Below, piece after piece: positions 9,641 through 21,198 of a stretch of DNA of 64,000 nt. A program made the position numbers and the translations under genes. How positions within the stretch are numbered: the first letter of the stretch is position 1; each line of letters opens with the position of its first letter. Source of the DNA: a bacterium (GTDB lineage: Bacteria > Zhuqueibacterota > Zhuqueibacteria > Zhuqueibacterales > Zhuqueibacteraceae); NCBI GenBank assembly GCA_044869275.1, contig JBIOXB010000223.1, positions 32,001-96,000 of the forward strand. Direction: 5' to 3'. The notes beneath the pieces were generated by a model, which had not been told where the DNA came from, made no database searches, and saw only the letters and a program-made list of their open reading frames with translations.

Positions 9641-9770
9641 TTAACCCACGGATTAAAAAACCACGCGGATCGTTTAAAAACTTCCGTGTGGTCTTTTGAT
9701 CCGTGTGGAACCATTTTGGTTGCGGCCCTTTCGCGTTGTGACTTCGTGTCTCCGTGTTAAAAAGGTGTTA
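9641..9770. repeat. Dispersed ~130-bp palindromic element (CACGGAT/ATCCGTG family), copy 1
   Basis: Aligns by eye with the reverse complement of 25283-25418. Confidence 0.75.
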
Positions 9771-9916
9771 AGAGAAGCGAACAGCTTTCAGACTGTAGTC
9801 CGACTTTGAAAAGCCTAATCGCTTATCCGCTGGAGTGCATCTATCCAGTGGCAATATTTTTCGAAAGAGCTTTATTGAGTTTTCGCAATGGTAGAGTCTC
9901 AGAGAGGAAGTTCGTT

Positions 9917-11104
9917 ATGCCCGTTGCCAGAAAGCTGTTTTATCGCATTCTCGTGGCCGTCTTCGCACTTCTACTCATCGTCGTTGTTCTCGCCTTCATG
10001 ATTCTTCCCAGCTACTTCGCCAAGAAACTCAATCAGCGCATGGGTGTGCAATCTTTGCCCGTCTCCTCGGCGGTCGGGGCGCTGCACCAAGAGCTTTTCA
10101 TCGTCGATTTACACGCTGATCCATTGTTGTGGCATCGCGATCTCACGCAACGCGCAAATCATGGGCACATCGATTTGCCGCGCTTGCGGGAAGGCAACGT
10201 GGCTTTGCAAGTTTTCGGTGTGGTCACCAAAGTGCCGAGCACGCTGAGTTACGAACGCAATGATGATCGCTCCGATTTGATTCTGCCACTGGCGATCACC
10301 CAGCGCTGGCCGATTGCAACCTGGAGCAGCTTGAAAGAACGCGCGTTATATCAAGCAGGCAAACTGCAGGAGTTGGCAGGCGCTGCCCCTGCCAGGCTGG
10401 TTGTGATCGCAACGAAAAAAGAACTAATCGATTTTGTGGAGCGGCGCAAGCAGCAGCCCGGTTTAGTGGCGGGTTTGCTGGCGATGGAGGGCATGCATGC
10501 GCTGGAGGGAAAATTGGAAAATCTCGAAATCTTTTACCAGGCCGGTTTTCGCATGATGGCGCCCGCGCATTTTTTCGATAATGAATTAGGCGGCTCGGCG
10601 CACGGCGTGAACAAAGGCGGGCTGACGGATTTCGGCAGGCGCGCGATCAAAAGAATGGAGGCACTGGGCATGATCGTGGATATCGCGCATGCTTCGCCGC
10701 GAACGATCGACGACATTTTGAGTATGGCCACCAAGCCGGTAGTGTCTTCGCACACCGGGGTGAAGGGCACGTGTGCGGGCAACCGCAATCTCAGCGATGA
10801 GCATTTGCGCGGCATTGCGCGCACCGGCGGCGTGGTGGGCATTGGCTTGTGGGACGGCGCCGTTTGCGCCACCGAGGTGCGCGCCACCGCCCGCGCGATG
10901 CATTACGCCGCCGATTTGGTCGGCATTGACCACGTGGGCCTCGGCTCCGATTTCGACGGCGCCATCACTGCCCCGATTGCTGCGAACGAAATGGCACAAC
11001 TCACCGCCGCGTTACTGGCCGAAGGTTTTTCAGGGGAAGATATCCACAAAGTCATGGGCGGAAACGTGCTCAGGTTGATGCTGGAGGTTCTGCCGCCGGA
11101 GTAA
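9917..11104 (+). CDS. Membrane dipeptidase (peptidase M19)
   Basis: DLHAD, MEG, VDIAH, SSHT, RNLSD, VGLGSDFDG; N-terminal TM helix. Confidence 0.92.
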   Translation: MPVARKLFYRILVAVFALLLIVVVLAFMILPSYFAKKLNQRMGVQSLPVSSAVGALHQELFIVDLHADPLLWHRDLTQRANHGHIDLPRLREGNVALQVFGVVTKVPSTLSYERNDDRSDLILPLAITQRWPIATWSSLKERALYQAGKLQELAGAAPARLVVIATKKELIDFVERRKQQPGLVAGLLAMEGMHALEGKLENLEIFYQAGFRMMAPAHFFDNELGGSAHGVNKGGLTDFGRRAIKRMEALGMIVDIAHASPRTIDDILSMATKPVVSSHTGVKGTCAGNRNLSDEHLRGIARTGGVVGIGLWDGAVCATEVRATARAMHYAADLVGIDHVGLGSDFDGAITAPIAANEMAQLTAALLAEGFSGEDIHKVMGGNVLRLMLEVLPPE

Positions 11105-11537
11105 TTTGTGCAGCCTTTTCCGCCAATGCCAGGATGAGTTCTTTGATGTTTCGATTGATGTCAAAATTCTGATCCAAAAAACTCAAAATCTCGCGCGCTG
11201 ATTCCACGCTGCCTTCATAGCCCTGCATGAATTGCGAAAGCCTCTTTGCGAATTCGCAAAAAATGCCGTCTTCAAACAGAAGCTTGTAGCCTTCCGGCGT
11301 AATTTTGAAAGAGTAGGCGAGGGGATGGATTGCGCTCAGCCAATCCGGCCGATCGAGAAATCTATGCTTCGAGCCCGGGGATGCAATGATGATGAAATCC
11401 AAGTCGGAATAGTCATCGAGACGCTCTAAATCCGGTCCGGATGAGCCCTGCCCGAGGAGCGCAAGTGCGCCTCCGGCATTTTGCAGAGCCTGACTTATCT
11501 CTTCCAAACGCTGCAATAAAGTTTCTTTTCCGCTCAT
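11070..11537 (-). pseudogene. Nucleotidyltransferase-fold protein, probably internally deleted
   Basis: GSSG...DDYSDLDF motif; GIFCEFA runs directly into KRLSQFMQGYE, which looks like a C-terminal segment. Confidence 0.55.
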
Positions 11538-11609
11538 GGTTACCTTTCACCTTCATGTGATATCAACAATCGACTTGCTTCTTTAGCCAAATTCTGTTAT
11601 GCTTTTCGT

Positions 11610-12020
11610 ATGATCGAAAACACCACCCGCATTCGCGTGCGCTACGCCGATACCGATCAAATGGGCGTCGCCTATTACGCCCGCTATCTTGAATGGTTCG
11701 AAGTGGGCCGCACCGAGATGCTGCGCGCGCAAGGTTTGCCGTACGCAGAAATTGAAAAAGAGCAGGTTGCCCTGCCGGTTTTGGAGGTGTATTGCAAATA
11801 TCGCAAACCAGTTCTTTATGATCAACTGCTGCGAGTGGTGAGCCGGTTGAAAGCAATGCCGCGCGCGAGCTTGCGCATCGACTATGAGATTTTCGACGAA
11901 GACGATCAGCTTTTGGCGGAAGGTTACACCTTGCACACGTTTATTAATTTCGCAGGCCGGCCGGTGCGGCCGCCGCAGGTTTTTATGCGGAAGGTGAAAG
12001 AGTTGTTTGAGGAAGAGTAG
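11610..12020 (+). CDS. Acyl-CoA thioesterase (YbgC/4HBT family)
   Basis: RVRYADTDQMGVAYYARYLEWFEVGR. Confidence 0.93.
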   Translation: MIENTTRIRVRYADTDQMGVAYYARYLEWFEVGRTEMLRAQGLPYAEIEKEQVALPVLEVYCKYRKPVLYDQLLRVVSRLKAMPRASLRIDYEIFDEDDQLLAEGYTLHTFINFAGRPVRPPQVFMRKVKELFEEE

Positions 12021-12022
12021 GA

Positions 12023-12163
12023 CTACAACGTTGAGTTGTTCTTGGCATTCTCATTTTGCTGTCATTCTGCAAGAATCCTTTCCAGTATAACATCCGTGCC
12101 AGTGTCTAAAAAGACCCTTCCTGGGTGACATGAAAGGGGTGGGCTTACGACTTAACGTTGTAG
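12023..12163. repeat. MITE-like element with imperfect 17-bp terminal inverted repeats
   Basis: ctacaacgttgagttgt ... acgacttaacgttgtag enclosing tgtcattctgcaagaatc...tgaca. Confidence 0.55.
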
Positions 12164-12204
12164 CGGTAATGCCCAACCCCAAAACATAACCTCAATGACC
12201 ACCT

Positions 12205-13395
12205 ATGCCGCTTCCGTCTCCGTTCCACTCCCGTACCGCTCCGCTTTGTCACAGTTCCGATTGGCGCAATTGGGCCGGTTTTTATGCGGTTAGTGTTTAT
12301 GAATACTCACACGAGCATGAATATTACGCTATTCGCAATGCCGCGGCGCTGATTGATGTCTCGCCCTTGTTCAAATATGAAATCACCGGGCCGCAGGCGC
12401 CCCAGCTCGTCGATCGCATCATCACACGCGAGGCGATGAAATGCGCGGTGGGACAAGTGTTGTACACGTGCTGGTGCGACGATCATGGCAAAGTGATCGA
12501 TGACGGCACGGTGTCGCGCCTGAGCGAGAATCATTTTCGCCTCACGGCGGCTGATCCGAATTTGCGCTGGTTTCAAGATTGCGGCTTCGGCATGAATGCC
12601 ACCGTGCGCGATGTTTCTGCGGCATTGGCGACACTGTCTTTGCAAGGGCCACATGCGCGCAAAATATTGCAGAAGGTTGTGCGCGAGGCTGAGGTCGCAA
12701 ATCTCAAGTACTTTCGTTTGACGCCGGCGAAGATCGACAATGTTCCGCTCACCATCACGCGCACCGGCTACACCGGCGATCTCGGCTATGAGCTGTGGAT
12801 CGATCCCAAGCATGCCGAACGCGTATGGGATATTCTAATGGACAAAGGCAGGGACTATGGCCTCGCGCCGGTGGGCATGGTGGCCATGGACATCGCGCGC
12901 GTGGAAGCGGCGTTATTGCTCGCGGATATCGATTATGTCTCCAGCCAAAAAGCAGTGCTGGCCTCACGCCTTTCTTCGCCTTTTGAAGTCGGCCTGGGTT
13001 GGGCTGTGAAATTGGACAAGCCAAGCTTTATTGGCCGCCAAGCTTTGCTGGAAGAAAAGCAGCGCGGCTCGATGTGGCAATTCGTTGGCCTCGAAGTCGA
13101 TTGGAACGAATTGGAATCTTTGTTTGCGAAGTTCAATTTGCCCCCGCAAGTGGCGGGCCGGGCTTCGCGCGTGGCTGTGCCGATTTACCGGCACGGCAAG
13201 CAAATCGGACAAGCCACGAGCAGCACCTTTTCACCGATTCTCAAAAAGTTCATAGCAATTGGAACCGTGGAAAGCCAATGCGCCGCGCCCGGCACGCGCG
13301 TGAACATGGAGATCACCATCGAATTCACGCGGCAGCAAGCGGCGGCCACGATCGTGAAAACACCATTCTTCGACCCGCCTCGAAAAAAAGCTTAG
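12205..13395 (+). CDS. Aminomethyltransferase (GcvT) family protein
   Basis: DVSPL, GKVIDDG, TRTGYTGDLGYEL, ARVEA, TPFFDP. Confidence 0.9.
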   Translation: MPLPSPFHSRTAPLCHSSDWRNWAGFYAVSVYEYSHEHEYYAIRNAAALIDVSPLFKYEITGPQAPQLVDRIITREAMKCAVGQVLYTCWCDDHGKVIDDGTVSRLSENHFRLTAADPNLRWFQDCGFGMNATVRDVSAALATLSLQGPHARKILQKVVREAEVANLKYFRLTPAKIDNVPLTITRTGYTGDLGYELWIDPKHAERVWDILMDKGRDYGLAPVGMVAMDIARVEAALLLADIDYVSSQKAVLASRLSSPFEVGLGWAVKLDKPSFIGRQALLEEKQRGSMWQFVGLEVDWNELESLFAKFNLPPQVAGRASRVAVPIYRHGKQIGQATSSTFSPILKKFIAIGTVESQCAAPGTRVNMEITIEFTRQQAAATIVKTPFFDPPRKKA

Positions 13396-13405
13396 GAAAA
13401 ACAAA

Positions 13406-15436
13406 ATGCATATGGCAAAAAGCATGCGGACAAAAGGTTCTTTGATTTTGATCTGCTGCAATTTGCTGGTTTTGTTGACCTCGCGAACCTCTGCACAAGT
13501 CGAGGGCAGATATTTTCTCACCACCGACAGCTTGCAACGACACGAGCGCATATGGTTGAATCGCAATTGGAAATATCATGCCGGCGACAATAATGATTGG
13601 GCAAAACCGGCTTATGTTGACAGCGCCTGGGAGACAGCCAGCACACTGCTCGAGCCTGATCAGCCTCCCCAGAGCGGATGGCCGGGCCTGGGTTGGTTCC
13701 GGCTTCATGTCTTCGTTGATTCCACGCTGTGGCATGAACCGCTGTTGCTTGCTATCGCTCAGGCCGGCGCTGCGGCAATTTATTTAGACGGCAAGTTGAT
13801 CTATGATTTGGGCGACGATGGAGGCGGGCAGGCGCCGGAAGCGCCAAGCCGCTATCGCGATTATGCCGCGTTTTCCTTTAGCAACGAAAGCAAGCATGTT
13901 TTCGCGATTCGTTACGCCAATCATGCCACTGCGACTTTCCACCGTGCAGGGCGTGCAGCAGGTTTCGCCCTCCGGTTGGGCCATGCCAACGCCATGATTG
14001 CCTTAGGCGTCAGAAATTTGGAAGCGGACTTGAGGCAACAAATGTTCTTCACCACTCTGGCGCTGGCATTTGGGATACTCCATTTGGTCTTGTTCTTGTT
14101 TTCTCCCCGGGCGAAGAGCCATCTCTATTTTACTATTTTTGTTTTTCTGTATGCCGCCAACATCTTTTTCGATTATCAACATTTTCTTGCCGACGATTTG
14201 CGCAGCAGTTTGCTCTACTTGCGGATTCATCGTGCGGTGATGCCTTATGGGCCGGCCTGTGCTTTGCTTTTCATTTATTCCCTTTTTTCCGAAAGAATAC
14301 CGAAACAATTCTGGTTCATTGCCGCGGGCTTGGCGATTACCGGCGCTCTGGCGGTCCTCAAGCCTATCGACAATTTGAACTATATTCAGATCTTTGCCGT
14401 GGCCGCCGTCATCGAAATGATTCGAGTCACGCGCCTCGCCATCCGCGAAAAAAGAGAAGGTGCGTGGATTATCGCCTCCGGATTTCTGCTGCTCTTTCTG
14501 TTTTCCTCCTATGATTTGCTGTTGGATTTGAACTTGATGGCGCCCATGCACGACATATCGAATGGCTATCCCTTCGGATTTCTGGGCCTGATCATTGCCA
14601 TGTCCGTTTATTTGGCGCGCGATTTTGCCAGGACCAATGAAAAGATACTTGCGCAAGAACGCCATGCGCAAGAACAGGAAATGCAGCAACTCCTGCTCCA
14701 GGCGGATAATGCCCGCAAGACCACGGAACTGGAGGAGGCGCGCCAACTCCAGCTCGCGATGTTGCCGCATGCCCTGCCACAGCTGCCCAATTTAGAAATT
14801 GCCACCCACATGAAGCCCGCAACGGAAGTCGGCGGAGATTATTATGACTTCAATCTCGCTGAAGACGGCACGCTCACGGTGGCGATTGGCGACGCCACCG
14901 GTCATGGTATGAAAGCGGGAACCGTCGTGACCGCCGCAAAAAGTTTATTCCAAGTTTTGGCGCCAAACCGCGAGAGCCCGCAAATTTTCCAGGAATTCAC
15001 GCAAGCGCTGAAGAGCATGAATCTCGGTCGCATGTACATGGCCATGACAATAATCAAACTCAAAAACAACAAGATCAAGGTGGCGACGGTGGGCATGCCG
15101 CCCACGCTGATCTATCGTGCGGCAACGCAAGAAGTGGAAGAGATCAACATCAAAGCCATGCCGTTGGGCAGTTTCAGCGGATTTCCTTACCGGCAAGAAG
15201 AATTGGAGATTCGTGCCGGCGATACGATCGTGTTGATGAGCGACGGCTTGCCGGAAAGGTTGAATCGCCACGGTGAGATTTTGGATTACTCCGGCGCGAA
15301 GAATTCCTTCGAACAGGTGGCGGGGCGATCGCCGCAAGAAATCATCGCGCATTTGGTCGCGGCGGGAGAATCCTGGGCGGACGGGCATCCGCAGAAGGAT
15401 GACGTGACGTTTGTGGTTATGAAAGTGAAGGGCTGA
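13406..15436 (+). CDS. Membrane sensor PP2C/SpoIIE phosphatase (sugar-binding-like extracellular domain plus 7TM)
   Basis: WKYHAGD...GWFRL extracellular domain, seven hydrophobic helices, EVGGDYYD, GDATGHG, SDGL, DDVT. Confidence 0.88.
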   Translation: MHMAKSMRTKGSLILICCNLLVLLTSRTSAQVEGRYFLTTDSLQRHERIWLNRNWKYHAGDNNDWAKPAYVDSAWETASTLLEPDQPPQSGWPGLGWFRLHVFVDSTLWHEPLLLAIAQAGAAAIYLDGKLIYDLGDDGGGQAPEAPSRYRDYAAFSFSNESKHVFAIRYANHATATFHRAGRAAGFALRLGHANAMIALGVRNLEADLRQQMFFTTLALAFGILHLVLFLFSPRAKSHLYFTIFVFLYAANIFFDYQHFLADDLRSSLLYLRIHRAVMPYGPACALLFIYSLFSERIPKQFWFIAAGLAITGALAVLKPIDNLNYIQIFAVAAVIEMIRVTRLAIREKREGAWIIASGFLLLFLFSSYDLLLDLNLMAPMHDISNGYPFGFLGLIIAMSVYLARDFARTNEKILAQERHAQEQEMQQLLLQADNARKTTELEEARQLQLAMLPHALPQLPNLEIATHMKPATEVGGDYYDFNLAEDGTLTVAIGDATGHGMKAGTVVTAAKSLFQVLAPNRESPQIFQEFTQALKSMNLGRMYMAMTIIKLKNNKIKVATVGMPPTLIYRAATQEVEEINIKAMPLGSFSGFPYRQEELEIRAGDTIVLMSDGLPERLNRHGEILDYSGAKNSFEQVAGRSPQEIIAHLVAAGESWADGHPQKDDVTFVVMKVKG

Positions 15437-16042
15437 AGCCTGGCCTGCCGCACCTACGTTTCTCGCGCCCACCGCGGGGTCTCTTAAAGTTCGGCGCCTT
15501 GGCGGCGCGCGGCCTGTGCCCGCTTAATGCCTCGCAGAATCCCCATGTGGGTCAGCGTCTTAATCAGGCAATTTCGCACTATAGTCTGAGATCTTCGGGA
15601 AGATATTCGATCTTTACTGCGGCGACTTCAAGAAGGGGATTGTTCAGAGACATTGGGAGGTCAAAGAAAGTAGCATATCCCGCGGCACTATGAAAAGAAG
15701 TTGGCTAGAATGAAATTGAGAATGACCTCAAGCTGCAGCCGAAAGAATTTCCGGCATACTCGGGCTGGAGATATGGCCGTTGCCGGTTTTGGGATCGAGC
15801 CGTAAAAAGGCGGATACGGGCGCAGAGTTGAGAATGGGCAGCAACCATTTTTTGTCGGAGGCGGCAAGCTTTTGCCGGCCATCAAAATGAATCACCATCG
15901 ATCTTGAATTTCATCGCGCATGCCAACCCCCCCTCGTTGTTCGGAATATAAAAAACTCCTGTTCTCAGTTGCAAGTATTGAGTTTTTTGACCAGATTATC
16001 GGCGCAAAACTGCACGGCACAAAACTCTTTAGATTGGACGCT

Positions 16043-17623
16043 ATGCCCAAATCCTACGACGCCATCGTGATCGGCGCAGGCCACAATGGCCTGGTGAATG
16101 CGGCCTATTTGGCGCGCGCGGGAAAGAAAGTGTTGGTATTGGAGCGCCGCCATCTCGTCGGCGGAGCGGCAGTGACAGAAGAAGTTTTTCCGGGATTCAA
16201 GTATTCCGTGTTTTCTTACGTCGTCAGTTTGTTCCGGCCGGAAATCATTCGCGACTTGAATCTGACGCAGCACGGCCTGACCATGCTGCCGTTGGAGAGC
16301 ACGCTCACACCCATGCCGGACGGCAATTATCTTTATCGCGACGGGGATTTTTACCGCACCATGCGCGACATTGCCCGCCACTCTCCGCGCGACGCCGAGG
16401 CCTATCAAGATTACGGCCGCAGCATGTATTTCATGGCCAAAGCGGTGAAATACATGCTCGGTGTCATTCCGCCCGATCCGGCTTCTTTGCATCCCAAAGA
16501 TTTGATGGGGCTCACCGGGCTGGGCAAGCATCTGCTCGGAATCGGTGAGGACAATTTGTACGTGTTAACCAAACTTATGACGATGAGTTCCGCGGATTTT
16601 TTGGAGGAATGGTTTGAAACAGATGTGCTGAAGGCGACGCTTTCTTCCAGCGGCATCATCGGCACTTTTCTCGGCCCGCGCTCGCCGGGTTCGGCATATG
16701 TATTGTTGCACCACTACATGGGCGAAATCGACGGGGCGTTTCGCGCTTGGGGATTTGCCAAAGGCGGAACCGGCGGCATTGCCAATGCCATCGCCAGTGC
16801 GGCGCGCGCGCTGGGGGCGGAGATTCAAACGAACACCCCGGTTGCCAAGGTGATGGTGAAGAATGGCACTGCTTTCGGCGTGGCACTGCCCAACGGCGAT
16901 GAGTATCATGCGAAAACTGTTGTTTCCAGTCTCGATCCCAAGCAAACCTTCCTGCATTTGCTGGAACCTGCCTCGCTGCCGGAGGATCTCGTCACCGCGA
17001 TCAAAAATTTCAACATCCGCGGCTCCTCGGGCAAAGTGAATCTGGCATTGGATGCCCCACCAAGTTTTACCTGCATGCCCGGCGCGGGGCCGCATCTGCG
17101 CGGCGCGGTTTCCATCAGCCCGAGCGTGGAGTATCTCGAACGCGCGTATGACGACGCGAAATATGGCCGCTTCTCGCGGAAACCGTATGTCGACATCATC
17201 ATGCCTTCGATGATCGACCCCGATATGGCCCCCCCGGGCAAGCATGTCATGTCCTGTTTCGTGCAATATGCGCCGTATCAATTGCAAGAAGGAACGTGGG
17301 AACAGCAGCGTGAAGCCTTCGGCGACGCCGTGATCGACACGCTTTCTGAATTTGCCCCCAATCTGAAAAGTATTATTCTGCACCGCCAGGTGCTGACGCC
17401 GTGGGACATCGAGCAGACCCTGGGCATGTCGCAGGGCAACATCTTTCAAGGCGAATTATCGTTGTCGCAATTGTTTTTCCTGCGGCCGGCCGCGGGGCTG
17501 GCGAAGTATCGCACGCCGATTCGGAATTACTATCAATGCGGCTCTGGAACACACCCCGGCGGCGGCATCATGGGCGCGCCGGGCAAACTGGCGGCATTGG
17601 AGATTCTGAAAGATTTGAAATGA
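16043..17623 (+). CDS. FAD-dependent oxidoreductase, phytoene dehydrogenase-like
   Basis: YDAIVIGAGHNGL, LERR, CGSGTHPGGGIMGAPG; start 16043 preferred. Confidence 0.92.
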   Translation: MPKSYDAIVIGAGHNGLVNAAYLARAGKKVLVLERRHLVGGAAVTEEVFPGFKYSVFSYVVSLFRPEIIRDLNLTQHGLTMLPLESTLTPMPDGNYLYRDGDFYRTMRDIARHSPRDAEAYQDYGRSMYFMAKAVKYMLGVIPPDPASLHPKDLMGLTGLGKHLLGIGEDNLYVLTKLMTMSSADFLEEWFETDVLKATLSSSGIIGTFLGPRSPGSAYVLLHHYMGEIDGAFRAWGFAKGGTGGIANAIASAARALGAEIQTNTPVAKVMVKNGTAFGVALPNGDEYHAKTVVSSLDPKQTFLHLLEPASLPEDLVTAIKNFNIRGSSGKVNLALDAPPSFTCMPGAGPHLRGAVSISPSVEYLERAYDDAKYGRFSRKPYVDIIMPSMIDPDMAPPGKHVMSCFVQYAPYQLQEGTWEQQREAFGDAVIDTLSEFAPNLKSIILHRQVLTPWDIEQTLGMSQGNIFQGELSLSQLFFLRPAAGLAKYRTPIRNYYQCGSGTHPGGGIMGAPGKLAALEILKDLK

Positions 17624-17729
17624 CAGAATTCACACGATTTACTGGATTGCATCGAGGACAGAATTTAATGTAACTCGCATCAATCCTGTCCGAAGGTTGC
17701 ACTATTTCTTGCAAGCGCAGTTGTTCTCG

Positions 17730-17798
17730 TTGCAATTGGTCAATTATCTCGCTGCTACTCGAACGGATACCGGTCTGTTGATCAACGTTGGTTCGTCA
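17730..17798 (+). pseudogene. C-terminal fragment of a GxxExxY protein
   Basis: LQLVNYLAATRTDTGLLINVGSS resembles the conserved QLxNYLxAT...GLLINFG end of GxxExxY proteins. Confidence 0.6.
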
Positions 17799-20700
17799 TT
17801 ATACCACGGAGAAAGAGATCAATCCCTTGCCCAATCCCGCGGTGACCGGCTTGTATCAGGATCGTCTGGGATATATTTGGATTTGCGCATACGGCGGCGG
17901 TTTAGTTCGTTACGACGGCCACAAAATGGAGATTTATGGAGCAGCGGATAGCCTGCCCAATGCAAAAACATGGCTCATATCCGAAGACGGCACGGGCCGG
18001 CTCTGGGCCGGAACCGAGGGCGGGGTGGTGGTTTCAGCAAAAGCGCTGACAGACTATGCCGCCGGCAAACGTCTCGCGTTTCTATCAAAAATCGGCGTAA
18101 CGAAGTTATTCGATAAAGGCGTATCCTTTGGCCGGCAAATGACGAGCGATACGGAAGGCCGAATATGGCTGGCCACCAAAGCGGACGGCATTATCCGCTA
18201 TCGCTGGCAAGGCAATGATCTGCTGGCGGCGGACACGCTCCGTACCGCCGCGTCCGGCAAGGAGGAAAATCAGCGCGTGCTCAGTGTGGAGGCGAGAAAA
18301 AACGGCACGATCTGCGCGGCGATGAAGGGGACGATCGTTGTTTGTGATTTACAAGCGCAATGGCGCGACACTTTGACCGCGAGTGAAGGCTTGCCCGGCG
18401 CCGCCACGGGCGTGCTTTATGAGGGTCCTTCCGGCACTTTATTTGGCGCCTGCGCGGATGGAACGATTTGGAGGCTCGACGAAGAAACCTCTCCTGCCAA
18501 AATCGAAATCATTCACACTGGCTTAAAGCACCCGATCACTGCACTCTGCGAAACAGCGGAAGGCAATTTGTGGATTGCCACGCTGGGCTCGGGGGTGGTG
18601 GAACTCGATCGCAGCCGGGCGTATCAGGCAAAAACGTATGGCAGCAGAAATGGCTTGCTGGGAGAAGTGTTCTGGGATGTGCTCGAAGATCGCGAGGGGA
18701 ATCTCTGGCTGGCGCAAAACAGCGGCCTGTCGAAGCTGCCGTTTAATTTTCGCGCCTTTCAATTTTATTCCGCCCAATCCCATCCAGGCCAGAGTCCGAA
18801 CTTGCCCGCTTCCGGCGTCATGGCGGTCTTGCAGACCGCCATGCCCTCGCCTGAAAACATGCTCTGCGCCGGTACGGAAAATGGCCTGGCGCTGATCGCG
18901 CCCGGGGGAAAGACTGAAACGTTGAATACCGAGAGTGGCTTGGTGAGCAACATCGTTTTTGGTGTGGCGGAAGATCGAGCCCACCGCGTTTGGATTACCT
19001 CGCGCGCCGGCGTTTATCGCAGCAGAATGCCTCTCACTGCGGCCGCATTTAAAAAGTGGCAGACCAAAGCATACAAGTTCAGTCCGTTGACCCTGGGCAA
19101 AGAAGTGATGTCGTCTGTTTTTGTTCCCGTCCTGCCACCGGGGGAGCAATTGCCGAGCCTGGGGATGGTTTGGGTCGATAGCTTGATGTGGGTCGCGGTG
19201 GACGGTGGCGTGCTGGCCGTGCGACCCGATCCGCCGAAAATTGTGGTCCGCTTCTCTCAAAAGGACAGTGTGGTGGCGGACGGCGGATTTGCCCTGAATT
19301 ATTCTCCTTTGACCCGGAAGCTGTGGCTGGGAACGACGGACGGGTTGAATGAGATCGATCCGGCCAGCCGCAAAGTCTTGCGCACGGTGAGCAAGCAAGA
19401 CGGCTTGGTGGGCGATAATTGTTGGGGCGTTTCCGCAATCAGTTTTGCCGATGCCGGCACGGTGTATTATGGCACCTCGAATAGCCTCAATCTTTATCGT
19501 CCGGAATACGATCGTGACAATGCGGTTCCGCCGGCGCCGCAGATCCGCAATGCCGTTTTTCACGAGGACGAGTGGGGACAAAACGAGATTTTGTTGGAAT
19601 ACGCTGGTCTGAGCTATGTCAATGAAAAACTGGTGCAATACAAAACTCGCCTCACCGGATATGATAAGAATTGGTCGAAAGAGACGGCGGAGAACAAGAT
19701 TCGCTATACCAATTTGCCGGCTTTTTTGTTCTCCAAGCAATATACCTTTTTCTACCGCCTGTACGAGCACGTCAATCGCCTGTGCGACGCCACGGTTTTC
19801 GGCGTCGGGATCTATCACCCGGACAAACAGCAAATCGAATACCGCCTCGCCATTGAAAAAGGCAAACGCTACGCGCCGTACACCCGCAACGCCGGCGACA
19901 AGAATCAATTTCCGGTCTGGTGCATCGAAAATCGCCGCCCGATTTTTATCAATGATGTTGCCGCCGACTATCGGCGCTATCTCAGCGAGTACAAAGACCC
20001 GCGGCGATTGCTCGAGGACGGCACATACTCCACTGCCCCGCAGTCGCTCATCTATCTCCCGCTGCTGGCACAAGAGCGCGTGCTCGGCGTCATCACGGTG
20101 CAGAGTTATGAAAAATACGCCTACACCGAATACCAGCTCAACCTGCTGCAAAACCTCGCGGCTTACACCACCATTGCGCTGGACAACGCCGATGCCTATC
20201 GCCGCCTCCATGCCACGCTGGAACACCTCAAAAATACGCAGCAGCAGCTCGTGACCCAGGAAAAGCTGGCCTCGCTCGGGCAGCTCACCGCCGGCATCGC
20301 GCACGAGATCAAGAATCCGCTGAATTTCGTGAACAACTTTGCCTCGGTGTCCAAGGAACTGGCCAGAGAGTTGCGGGAGGAGATCGAAAAGCGCCTGCCG
20401 GAAATTGGCAAGGGAGACGATTTCGAGAATCTCGCCAGCATCCTAAATGATCTGGAACGCAACGCGGAGAAGATCAATCACCACGGCAAGCGCGCCGACA
20501 GCATCGTGCGCAGCATGCTGCAGCTTTCACGCGGCAAATCCGGCGAGCGCGAGCTGACGGATATCAATGCTCTGCTGGATGAGGCCGTGAATTTGACCTA
20601 TCACGGTTTTCGTGCGCAGGAATCATCATTTAACCTCACCATAGAAAAAGAATACGATCCCGCCATCGGCAAGCTCGAGGTCGTGTCGCAGGATTTGAGC

Positions 20701-21147
20701 AGGGTGTTTTTGAATCTGCTCAGCAACGCCTGTTACGCCGTGCATCAGAAAGCGAGAGAGGGAGACGGGGAGAGTGGGAGAAAAAGAGACGGGGTGAGTG
20801 GGAGACCAGGAAAAACTGAGGACCCCTGTCACTCCGTCTCCCATTCTCCCGCTCAGAAGTTTACGCCAACGCTTTCAGTTGCAACAGAAAACTTGGGCGA
20901 CCAAATCGAAATCCGCGTCCGCGACAACGGCAACGGCATTCCGGCTGACCTGCGCGACATGATTTTTACTCCGTTTTTTACCACCAAGCCGGCCGGGCAG
21001 GGCACCGGGCTGGGATTGTCGATCAGCTACGATATCATTGTACAACAGCATGGCGGCGAGATGAAAGTCCAAACGGATGAGGGTAAATTCACGGAATTTG
21101 TGATTCGACTGGCCCGGCAGAGTCAGGCCAGTCTACGAAGTTTGTGA
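17788..21147 (+). pseudogene. Damaged propeller/Y_Y_Y/GAF histidine kinase lacking signal peptide and TM helix
   Basis: Open frame with H-box AHEIKNPL and HATPase boxes. Compared with paralog 21199 it lacks the signal peptide, about 110 aa near 19010, and the Y_Y_Y end plus TM near 19750. Confidence 0.72.
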
Positions 21148-21198
21148 TGCGCTTGAGGAAGAATCAAATTTGCTATCAGCGGACATTCTAGGAACTTC

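Noticed and set aside
9520..9714. Similar short ORFs at 9520 (-) and 25343 (+), and at 42211 and 53347 (-), as paralogous peptides
   Set aside because: The similarity comes from the underlying palindromic DNA repeats, not from coding conservation
15437..16042. 600-bp gap with short ORFs as an ncRNA or gene
   Set aside because: No recognisable protein motif, riboswitch or tRNA fold by eye; an Rfam scan would be needed
18523..20304. Long antisense ORFs (also 50564-51913, 16565-17449, 56717-57625, 47130-48011)
   Set aside because: Shadows of GC-rich sense genes with clear domain motifs; no recognisable motifs of their own
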